Below are positions 50,516 through 61,485 of a stretch of DNA of 61,485 bases, in pieces. Where the stretch lies: the NCBI RefSeq assembly GCF_001194135.2, contig NC_068986.1, positions 22,348,910 to 22,410,394 of the forward strand. Direction: 5' to 3'. Both the position numbers and the translations under genes were made by a program. How positions within the stretch are numbered: the first letter of the stretch is position 1; every line of letters begins with the position of its first letter. This DNA is from Octopus bimaculoides (taxonomy: Eukaryota). The notes below the pieces were generated by a model that was not told the origin of the DNA, made no database searches, and saw only the letters and a list, made by a program, of their open reading frames with translations.

Positions 50516-52751
50516 GTAATTAACTTATTATATTAATTATATTATTGTAACAAATCAAAATCTTTTTTAAAGTTAAACTGATTGATTGCTTGCTTTCAGC
50601 GATTATTGGTGAAACACTTGTGAGGATTCCAATGCAGCTTAGCTCACACTAAAGACGTAAAATTACCATCTGTGCCTGTGTGTGTGAGTTGGTGAGATAA
50701 AGTGATAGAGAAAATATGAAAAGCGAGGTGTGTGTGTGAATGAGAAAAAATGTGTATTGTGAAGAAGAGTGCGTGTGAGAGAACATTAGAAGAATGTCTG
50801 TGTGGGTGAGAGAATTCGTGTGTCAGCCGTACCGTCAACGTGTGTATAGATATTTTCTTCTAGCTGCTTAAAACACTTACAAGCTAGTTGCGTAAATGTT
50901 GGTTGTTGCTATTTTTAAATGGTGCAGGTGTTTAAAGAACACATCTACATGCAATGACATCTATACCATTGAACTTGCATTTGCAAATGAATTCCGGATA
51001 TTCAATTTAGTTTTGTTTTGATGAGTTAAAAATCATGGTTTCAGTGATCACTTTGCTTAAGCATGTGTTGCAACTGTATCCGATTTATTTCTTCATAACT
51101 CATTTTTTTTATATCCCTTATAATTCAGACTTGATTCTATTTATGTGAGTAAAGGCATAAAATCACATATTCTCCACGCTTCTATCTAAATTCAGAGAAC
51201 CGCGCTAATCTAAAAATAAACAGTCACAATTTGTCAAAGAAATTATGAATGTGACACATTCTCGTTTCTTCTCTGTAAATCTAAATATATTAAATGGATA
51301 ATGGGAATTTTATTCAAAACCACAGACAAACACTTTCTTATCCGGCTCGGTGTATCTGAGAATGTGTGTGTGTGTGGTAGGGACTGTCCCGTATGAGTGA
51401 GCTGCACTTTCGTGCTGTGCATATTCAGGCTTTGTAAAGGATTGTCAGCTCTGAAGAAATTCTTCTCAGGTTCCAAAGAGAAAACCCAGATTTTGCAACG
51501 CGATATTAGTCATATGAAATATATGAGAGGATCTCAATCGGTCAGGACTAACATTTGTAAGAAGTGTCATGAATTAAATTGAGTTTTTAGTTCATGAATA
51601 GAAAGGGATAGATGAACGTGTTGGTTGATTTATTTCATTTTAGATGGGTATAATCTTTTAGAGTCGATTACAATATATATATATATTTATTTATTTATGT
51701 GTTTCAGCCAAGTGGCTGCAAAAAAACACGTTCTGTTAAATCCTCACTTGTTTGAGGATTCTACTGACAGGTTTAGTGTGAGCTGTTGATGTCTGTTCAG
51801 AAAATAAAAGAGGGCTATGTCATCGATGTCTTAAAAAGGTTGCTATGTTTAAAAGCAACGAGTTAGGCGTAGAGGAGAGAGAGAGAGAGAGATGATTGAT
51901 CCCTAGGATTACTGTTTACTCTCGAAGCTATAAACGTGACAGTCACAATTTCACCTATTCCATATTTCAAGGTGTAATGTCGATATAAAAACAATATTTG
52001 TCTCTTCCTCGTCTTTTTATAAATCTGTTTGGTATAATAATTCTGTCAAATTTTGGCACAAGGCCAATAATGAAATTGTAAAAATGTGTTATCAAATAAG
52101 GTTTTCAGTTCGATTCTTTCGATTTCAATATTTACGACAGCAGTGCAATGTCGGCCCCTCTGTTTATTTTACTTTCATTATTGAATAACTTCCGTTTTTG
52201 AAATATAAGCAAACTTTTTGCTTGGTATTAATTTAATAATTGTTAAAAGTTAGTGTTAAAAATAAATTTTGCTAAAGATTGAATTAAAAATATATCTAAA
52301 TAATGTTTAATGAAACAGATTGAATCAGTGATTATTTACGAATAAAAAATACAAAGTTATGGAGTTGGAGGTTGTGTCCTACGTCCTTCTGCTTCTTAAT
52401 CTCTATGGAAAGCATCCATTTAAATAATTTAACTCGAAATATAAAAGATAAGTTTATGTGTGTGTGTGATTGCGACTGTAAGTTTCACCTGACGGCTAAA
52501 ACAATCACGCTGGTTGAATAAACCGTCAGGTGACAGAGTCCCAGTCAACACGAATTTTACAGTAAATTTGTCTTTACCCTCAGTATTCAACCTCCCTATT
52601 ACTAAACGTTCCGTTGTTACACTTACTTTAAAATAATAACTCAGTCACACATGCACACGCATGTATATATGTGTATGAGTGCATACATATATGTATGGGT
52701 GAACTTCTCTTTTTTTTGCTCATATAATCTATATATACTCGTATGTATATA

Positions 52752-52957
52752 CAAGTGGGTATTGAAAAGTTCCTGGTTTTAAGGGTGTAGCGAAAGACCT
52801 GCTTGGAGACCCAGCCTTCTGAGTTTTTTTACAGAGCTTAGAAAAACTGCAATAAGTGTATGAATCTGAGAGGGGAATTCATTGAATAAAATCATAATTA
52901 ACTGATCCACCTGTATTTTCTTTCACCCAAAGCCAGGAACTATTCAGCACCCCCTCG
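52752..52957 (+). mobile_element. Mariner-derived MITE
   Basis: TA|CAAGTGGGTATTGAAAAGTTCCTGG ... CCAGGAACTATTCAGCACCCCCTCG|TA; internal CNKCMNLRGEFIE* resembles the mariner C-terminus. Confidence 0.8.
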
Positions 52958-53616
52958 TATATGTGTATATGTATGTGGGCGTGTGTAATCATATATACAT
53001 ATTTGTATGTAGACGTTATTTTTAAGTAGAAGTAAATGTAGATATGTTTATGTACATGTTTATGTATGGATACTTGTGAGTGTGTAATTACGTATATATG
53101 CATATATTGTTCCATGCTGGATAGCAGAGCTTGAGTTTGTGTAGATATAACTCATCAATTAAAGAATGCACAATAGTTTTGGTGGAACAAAAAAAGAGAA
53201 ATAGAATACGTAAGAATATCTTTGAGCTGGTAGAATCGTCAGCTTGTCAGGCAAAATGCTTAGTAGTATTTTGTCTGTCCTTACTTTCTAAGTTCAAATT
53301 CTACTGAGATCGACTTTATCTTTCACCCATTCGGAGTTAATAAAATATATACTAGCCGAAAACTGAGAGTTGATGTAACCAACTAGCACCTCCTGCCAAA
53401 TTTCAAGCCTTGTGCCTATAGTAGAAAAAAATATTAATATTATTATTAATAAAATACAATATTATATTCTCGTATCAGCTGCTTTATCAATAAGTTTCCT
53501 AGAAATGTTGAAATAACCCTGGCAATCGTCAAGAACAGAAAGGAATTGGATGGCATGAATTCTTTGTCACTGATATATGTATACCTATGTATAATCTCTC
53601 TCTCTATATATATATA

Positions 53617-53792
53617 CAAGGGAGTGCTGGAAAGTTCCTGGCTTTAAGGGTATTGCGAAAGGTTTGATTGGAGGCCCAACCTTCTGAGTTCTTTACAGGG
53701 AAATATGCTGAATTATAGTTCATTTGATCATAATTAACTGATCCTCCTTATTTTCTTTTACCTAAAGCCAGTAACTTTTCAGCACTCTCTTG
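53617..53792 (+). mobile_element. Mariner-derived MITE, shorter copy of the same family
   Basis: TA|CAAGGGAGTGCTGGAAAGTTCCTGGC ... GCCAGTAACTTTTCAGCACTCTCTTG|TA. Confidence 0.8.
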
Positions 53793-54493
53793 TATATGTA
53801 ACCTTCACCTAGAGATGTCCTTTAACAAAAAGCCTCACTCCTAGTGGTCTTCTGGCATGTTGGATACCAACCCAGAATTTCTGAGGGCCCATCCTATTGC
53901 TAGATAGTTACTGAATTTACAACTAAGTTCATCGATCTTTTGACATGTCTTATTTTTTGTCCTACTGGGTTTCTAGCAACTCTCCTCACCAAGCAAGCCT
54001 GGTGAAAGTGCTAGTTTAGTCAGCAGCAACCTGACCATGCAACAAGTTGTACTGGGTTCCATGTTACCAGTAGCACACATGAAAAACCTCACAAGCTATC
54101 TGACACAAAATCAGATTTGCAGGGATTGGCATTGAACATTTTTTGAATTTTTTGTGTATGCTTAAGATCATGGTGCCCCCACATTCTGTAACTCATATTA
54201 ACACTGGATATCTTTCCCTGGCTTATCTTTGTATCATATCAATAGGGTGGAGAGGGTCTGTAAAGTGCTGTGCAAGCTTTATTGGATCTAAAATCTTAGG
54301 TCGTGCAATTGTTGGTGAGGCAACTATCTGCTTCTCTGTTGAGTAGGAGAGTACCACAGTTAGCTCAGAAGGTGTGTACACAACCCTGGGTGAAGCTGAC
54401 TACTGATGTGATAACCTCATGCATGGACATTACTGGCATATTGCATGGGCAATGGTCAATGATAGTCTTCCTTGGTCATGACTAGCCAACCAT

Positions 54494-54534
<41 letters not shown>

Positions 54535-54575
54535 CAATACAGAGCAAATAATTCATGAGAAAAAGTTATTCACAA

Positions 54576-54607
<32 letters not shown>

Positions 54608-54659
54608 ATATGCATATGTGTATACATACATATATATATTGTAAAAATACTGCTGACTG

Positions 54660-57540
54660 GCAACAATATTTTTCCCATGGAGAGGTACTCTAGCTCTTGT
54701 CTAACTTACATTTCTGGCTGCAAGAGATTTTCTTAGTCTCATCCTGATAACTGCTTCTACTTGGCAGGCCAAGCTTAGTGAGGGACTCGGATCACCTAGC
54801 ATTTCTCTAGCCTTCTGAAATGCCATGATGGACAAAAAGTCAAGAAATAATATGCTGCATAGGTTAAGGACAGGAAAACCAACGATTGTGCTCTCTTCTG
54901 TTTGTCTCCAGGGTGGAGGTGACAATTCTACATCTGGATGGACAGTTACAAAACATTGATTTTGGAACATAAGACATCTTTGCACCCCATATATGTGTAG
55001 AGAAGGACTTATTCATAAACTAGTGTAATATACACATGTGAATCTTAGGGAAATAGGGTTGACTGAAGTCAGATTGACTGAATTTGAAGAAATGATACCG
55101 TTGAAGACAATTGTGGTATAGTGGAGATGACACCAAACAACAACATGGAGTGGACATCATGAATGCAAGCAGAGTGAATTCAATCATCAATATTTGGTAG
55201 GCTCTTCGCCAAATGTATTGCTGCAAGACTGCAGAACATTACTCAAGTCTGTGCTGGAATACTTGAATATGATGGTGATGCAGTTGAGGAGTTTTATAAG
55301 GGCCTAGAAAAAGTTAACAAGACTGTTAACAAAGAAAGGTGCCCTTATTGTCTTGGGCACCTGAATTACCAAAATAGGCTCAGATACACATTACCAGTGG
55401 GTGTGGACTATGGGGCATTTCAGGACTGTTGACTGCACCATTAGTATATGCTAACTAACATACTGTTCCCACACAAGACCTCCTGGAGAACAGTTAAACT
55501 CATAACCTGACTGACTTCACCCTCACCTCTCAAAATTTTTAAGCCTGGCGTTAAAGCTTAAATCAAAATTTTACCTTGTGTAGATGTCAATAGGTTTCAC
55601 AGCATAGTATTGATGACAATCAAGTTCAAGCAAACAAAGATTTATAAGCAAAGAACCCTTTGTATAAAATATGGTATAGACAAACTGAAAGATCCAGAGA
55701 TTGTAGCAGTTTTTGAGGCCAAATAGGATGGCAGGTTTGTAGTCTTCAACTTACAGAAAATATCATCTTTCTGACTGACAGGATAAAGGAAATATTTCAT
55801 GAATCAGCTTTAGAAGTATTTGGGAAAAGGAGGAAAAAAAAACATAAGTTACTGATGACATCTTGGACGTATGTAATACTAGACAGGACCTAAAGAAGAT
55901 CAAAGTAGCAAATCCTGAAGCAATTCCACAGTAAAGTACTGTGAATAAGATAGAAAAAGTAAATGATGGAAGCCAAGGGAAATAAAGTTGAATCTGAGAT
56001 AAGGCAAAAGAAAGGCAGCTTTTGAGATAAAAATTATACAAAAAATAAAGTTTCCCATAGTTTACAGTCATTGTGGACAAAAACGACACACTCCTTGCAA
56101 ATGGGAGTTATTATCAGATGGTCTGAGTATTTCAAGGAACTTTGTAAATTCAGTTATGGTACCAACATTCTGAACAGTGTCCCTAGTAACAACATAGAAC
56201 TTGGAGATGCTCAAGTATTCCAAGAAAGAATTGAAGAAATGGTGTGAATGCTCAAAGAAGGGAAAATCCAGCAGAACTCCTGTGACATGAGGGACTAGAA
56301 CAACTCAAGGCACTGATAGCCATCTGCCAAAGGATTTAGGAGAAAAAAACTGTGGCTGAAAGAATGGATTCAATTTTTTGTGATACCTTTTCACAAGAAA
56401 GGAAACTTAAGACTGCTAGAATCACATAACTACCAGTTTGATTAGTCACCCCTGTAATGTCAAGAGTTCTAAACAGACTTAAGTGGAAGGTGAAAAGAAT
56501 CCTTACATATCATGCAGGATTCAGATCAAAAGGAAATACATCAAATCCAATAACCACACCAATGTGACCTCTACCACATCATTGGGCGTTTTTGTGGAAA
56601 ATATGGAAGGATTTCAATTTTGACATTAACCTTATCAATGGGGTTTAAGTACTGCATAAAAATTCAAACAGTGCAGTTCTCAGTGACAACATTGTAAATT
56701 TCCTCGGGACAACAGTAGGAGTTTATTAAAGCATTCTCTCCTCCACTGTGTTTTTCAGCATCTTTTAGAAAAAAACATCACATGCAAGAAGCACTCTGTG
56801 ATTTCCACACCTCTATTTCCATTGGAAGATGTCCCCTACCAACCCACTTTTTGCTGAGAATATTGACTTAATGGGAGGCAATGAAGCAGAACTTCAAGAA
56901 CTCACCAACAGACTACAAAGAGTGTCTGAAGTGTATAGCTGGAAGTCACTTCTGAAAAGACTATGATCCTGATCAATAACCATAATCACAATACAACTAA
57001 CAACATCATGAAGAATTTTGTCCATTCAGCAACCTGAAGAAGTAACCAACTTTAACCCTTTAGCATTCAGATTATCCTGTCAAATGCAATGCTTATTTAT
57101 TCACATTGTTTTCAATTAATCATGTATTATCTTGTGGATTTTGATGATGTGATTGTTTATTTTTAAAACGACATTGTAGGGTATCTGTGACAAGTCGAAT
57201 CTGGCTGGTTTGAACATAAACAGGTAGAATATTTAGGCTGGATATGGCCAGTTTAACTGCTAAAGGGTTAAATGCTTTGGCTCCACTGGGAGCAAAGATG
57301 GTAGCTCAGTAAAAGGGATCAAAATAAGTCTTGGCCTAGCTTTATCTGTCATCCTATGTAAAATCAGTTCTATGAATTTTCCAACAAAACTCAAACTATA
57401 CAAGTTTCCTGGTGACTCTGATCTTTTTACATGAACAGTAAAGTTGAACACTAACAGCTAATATGGAGGGAAGAATACTGTTCAAGCCAAGTGTTTCAGA
57501 AATCTGCTAAGTATCTTGTTTGAATAAGCCATGACTGGTG
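54660..57540 (+). mobile_element. Long, heavily decayed RTE/BovB-like LINE (APE plus RT), interrupted by a MITE
   Basis: Motifs in order: TLIWNIRHL (GTWNVRTL), GLTEVR, WYSGDDTKQQHGV, DAVEEFY, KEWIQFFVIPFHKKGNL..SLISHP, AGFRS, FAENIDLMGGNEAELQELTNRL (FADDIDL), EVTNFKCFGS, TKLKLYK. Many stops and frameshifts. The 5' UTR may extend to about 53800. Confidence 0.85.
57056..57267. mobile_element. piggyBac-type MITE (212 bp) inserted in the LINE RT
   Basis: TTAA at 57052-57055 and 57268-57271; CCCTTTAGCA / TGCTAAAGGG ends. Confidence 0.9.
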
Positions 57541-57899
57541 AAACTTTGAAGTCATTGTCACTACAATTCTAATAAATATTAAATTTCATACATGTATTGA
57601 GCCCCTTCATTCAATTAATGTTCATTGTTTTTATGCTTATAAAAACACTTATTTCTAATAGCATGCATTCAGACACATATAAACCATGGAATTTTCAGGA
57701 ATTCTACAATTGCTAAATAGTTATATATCAAAGATGCTTGAAAAATGAATCATCTTTAATTTATTATTGTACAGTTCATGAAAAGAGGCCATTAAAAATG
57801 TCCTAAAACAGTATAGAAATACTGTCAGAATGTTGTGGAAAATGTGAGGAATGAAGATTCCAAATGGTTGGGGAACATTGAGTGGGGTCTTAAGTTGAG

Positions 57900-58205
57900 T
57901 ACCTTTGACTCCTGTGTCAGTAGCACATAAAAAGCACCATTTGAGCATGGTCGATGCCAGCACTGCCTGACTGGCCTGCATGCCAGTGGTATGTAAAAAG
58001 CACCCACTATACTCTCAGAGTGGTTGGTGTTAGGAAGGGCATCCAGNNNNNNNNNNTATACTCTCAGAGTGGTTGGTGTTAGGAAGGGCATCCAGCTGTA
58101 GAAGCTTTGCCAGATCAGATTGGAGCCTGGTACAGCCTCCTGGCTTGCCAGTCCTCAGTCAAACCGTCCAACCCATGCCATTATTGTTAAACGATGATGA
58201 TGATG
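57900..58205 (+). mobile_element. RTE LINE 3'-tail copy
   Basis: Tail family; contains a 10-N gap with a 39-bp duplicated flank. Confidence 0.8.
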
Positions 58206-59509
58206 GTGAGTTAAAATATTGTTGTAGTTATGTATTTTTTCCTCCCTAATTCAGGCACAAGGCCAGCAATTTTGAGGGAAGAGAGAAAGTCAATTACATT
58301 GACCCTAGTACTTGATTGGTACTTAGTTTATTGACACTACCCCGCTCTCTCAGATGAAAGGCAAAGCCAAGCTCAGTAAAATTTGAACTCAGAATGTAAA
58401 GAGAAATTTTGGCACAAGGCCAGCAAGTTTTGTGGGAGTGGGTAAGTCAATTACAGCAACCTCTGTGCTCAACTGGTACTTATTTTGGTGACCCTGAAAT
58501 GATAAGTCAACCTCAGTGACATTTGAACTCAAAACATAAAGACAGATGAAATGTTGCTAAGCATTTTGCCTGGCATGCTAACAATTCTGCCACCTCACCA
58601 CCTTTTCGTGAGCTAAAATATTGTTGTTTAAAAAATATGGGTTAAAATATAGTAAGGCCTAATAAATTTTGAATCATTTTTAAAATTCAATCTTTAACGT
58701 TAAATAGTATTTAAATTTATCTCTAACTTCTACTTGTTAACAATAATAAGAGACCTGCAAAATTCTAATTATGCTTTAAAAATGAGAGCATTTGATGATG
58801 AAAGTACAAAAATAATAAATTAATGATGGAACCTGCATTGTACAAAATTGATTAAAGATAGAATTATCTAAGGTAAGTAACTTTCTTTCCTCTTAATGGA
58901 GTTTCTCTTTATATATTTATACATATATTTCATATATGTATAAATTTAACCAATAAATGACAATCCAATTCAAATATCAGTGGGGATAATAATATTATTT
59001 TTAAAATACTCCTTACATTATTAACTTCAATAATTAACTTGGAGTTAATTTTAATGAGTTATAATACTGAACTGAAACTATATGTATATATTTCATGATG
59101 ATGATGATCATCATCATTGTTTTAATGCCCACTTTTCCATGCTTGCATGGGTCAGTTGGAGTTTAATGAAGCAGATTTTCTATCGCCAGTGGCTCTTCCT
59201 GTTGCGAACCCTCACCTCTTTCCAAGCGAGGTAATATTTCTCCATGACCAAAGATGTTTCCACAGAATATTGGAAATGAATGACATTCATTTACAACAAT
59301 CACATGATGTTAAGACAAGGAAACACAAACACATCCTCATGCACGTGTACACACACACACAAAAACACGACAGGCTTCTTTCAGTTTCCATCTACCACTT
59401 CCACTGCTATAGTCAAGGACTGTATTAGAAAACACTTGCTTGAAGTGCCACATAATGAGACTGAAACCATGTGGTTTCTTACCACACAACCATGCCTGTG
59501 CTTACAACA

Positions 59510-59935
59510 TATACATATTCTTTTATTCTTTTACTTGTCTCGGTCATTTGACTGCAGCCATGCTGGAGCACCACCTTAAAGGGTTTCAGTTGAAGAAATC
59601 GACCCCAAGACTTATTCTTTGTAAGCCTACTTATTTTATTGGGCCCTTTTGCTGAACTGTTAAGTTACGGGGACGTAAACACACCAACATCGGTTGTCAA
59701 ACGATGGTGGGGGAACAAACACAGACACATACACACTCACATACACACTCACATAAACACACACACATATATATATATATATACGACGGGCTTCTTTCAG
59801 TTTCTGTGTACCAAATCCACTCGCAAGGCTTTGGTCGGCCTGAGGCTATAGTAGAAGACACTTATCCATGGTACCATGCAGTGGGACTGAACCCAGAACC
59901 ATGTGGTTGAGAAGCAAGCTTCTTACCACACAGTC
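59510..59935 (-). mobile_element. tRNA-derived SINE family B, near full length
   Basis: Collinear with 23180-23640. Confidence 0.82.
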
Positions 59936-61130
59936 ACATATATGTGTGTGGGTGTGATAAGTATTATTTTATATCTGTTTGCAGTTACAATTATTTGTCT
60001 GGTTGTTTTGCACTTTTATTTTTCTGTATCAAATTATTGTATGTAATGTACATTTCTGGGTATGGAATACTCAGATTAGATTTGGGGAAATGTTATCAAA
60101 ATATCAGTCAATGGTTAGAAGTTGCAAAACATTTAGAATTACTTTTTGGTGGTGGGAATGGAGGGTGTTGTATCCAGTTGGCAAATAGTCTTGCTTGTTT
60201 GTGGATAAAATTTGGATAGGACTATTAAAGCGTTAGAGAATGTTATAAGATATAATCTTTATAATATAAAGAAGTTTTTGGTAATCTTTGGGTCGATTAT
60301 CACAAAGTGAAAGTGAAAGGCAATTGGTATTAAATGTCTGAAATGAAAACAAATTTTTCCTGATTTATTTATATAATGATTCAGCTGGAAGGATTTACTA
60401 TGAACAGTCTGGGTGAATATTCGTGGAAGATAAATTAGTATGTAATGAAAATTAATGACCAAACAATTTATTGATAAAATATAAAAGCTAGAATACTTAA
60501 TATGTAGAATTATAATCCTTTCTACTTTTGGCACAACGCCTGAAATTTTCTTTTTTTGTTGGGGGCTAGTCAATTACATCAACCTTAGTGCTTGACTGGT
60601 ACTCATTTTATTGACCCCGAAAGGATGAAAGGCAAAGTCAACCTCGGCGGAATTTGAACTCTGAACATAAAGACTGATGAAATACCGTTAGGCATTTTGC
60701 CCAGCATGCTAATGATTCTGCCAGCTCACCACCTATAATGATAATGATTATAATATTAATAATAATAATGATTTCAAATTTCGGCACAAGGCCAGAAAAT
60801 TCAGGGGTGGGAGTAAGTTGATTATATTGACTCTGGTACTCAATTGGTACTTATTTCATTGACTATAAAAGTGATGACAGGCAAGGTCGACTTTGTTGGA
60901 ATTTGAACTCACAGTGCTCTGATATGCATTTTGCCTGGTGTGTTAACGATTTTGCCAGTTCACTGTCTTATGTAGTAATGATAATAATCGTTATCATCAT
61001 CATCATTTAACATTCACTTTTCCATGTTTGCATGAGTCAGATGGAATTTGTTGAGGCAAATTTTCTACAGCTGGATGCCTTTCCTGTCACCAACCATCAC
61101 CTGTTTGCAAGTAAGATAGGATAATAATAA

Positions 61131-61440
61131 TCTATATATATAAAAATGAGAATGTGTGTCTGTCTGTCTGTGTATGTGTGTGTTTCCCTAAAACTCGAGA
61201 ACTACACAACCAATTTCATTCAAATTTTACACATGTCTTACTTAGGGTTCAGGTTGTGTTTTAGTCAAAAAAAAATTTTTAACTTCTTGCATAGTTCGAG
61301 CCCACGGCAACATAATATCTCCTCCACTATTTAAGTATTACATGTCAAAAGTGAAACAAAAACACTCATGTCAAATACTTTCACTTTAAAAATGAAACTA
61401 TTCCACTAACTGAAACAATCACATTTCGATACTGTAATGA
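61131..61440 (+). mobile_element. Helitron-like non-autonomous element
   Basis: A|TCTATATATATAAAAATGAGAATG start, (CTGT)n, homologous to 19551-19758. No 3' CTRR or hairpin identified in the window. Confidence 0.55.
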
Positions 61441-61485
61441 CAGATACTTTCAGAAAGAGAGAAAGAGAGAGAGAGAGAAAGAGAG

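Noticed and set aside
50600-50660. Possible next exon of the divergent gene after a TTTCAG acceptor
   Set aside because: In the required phase it reaches TAA after 17 codons; not supported without transcripts.
58008-58095. 39-bp direct repeat
   Set aside because: Same pattern around a 10-N gap; assembly artefact.

Overview
Eukaryotic, AT-rich, repeat- and microsatellite-dense genomic DNA with ten N-gaps. The repeat families and gene structure resemble an octopod cephalopod (species is my inference). One complete protein-coding gene is supported: a KLHDC4 (Kel3-like kelch-repeat protein) orthologue on the minus strand, with 13 coding exons from ATG at 49388 to stop at 26624. All its introns are GT-AG with consistent phases, giving a 1782-nt CDS (593 aa). 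A possible divergently transcribed gene starts about 0.7-1.1 kb upstream on the plus strand. The rest is mostly transposon debris: RTE-clade LINE fragments and tails, at least two tRNA-derived SINE families, and mariner, Tigger/pogo, hAT, piggyBac (TTAA) and Helitron-like non-autonomous elements. The most unusual signals are RNA-structural: a complete minimal hammerhead-ribozyme motif in a short element that also carries a tRNA B-box (21430-21733), a second degenerate hammerhead-like motif in KLHDC4 intron 7, and a fold-back palindrome in the last KLHDC4 intron. Most short ORFs in the track are microsatellite or gap artefacts. Repeat boundaries are approximate unless TIR/TSD positions are given. 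Family assignments come from recalled consensus motifs, not database searches.
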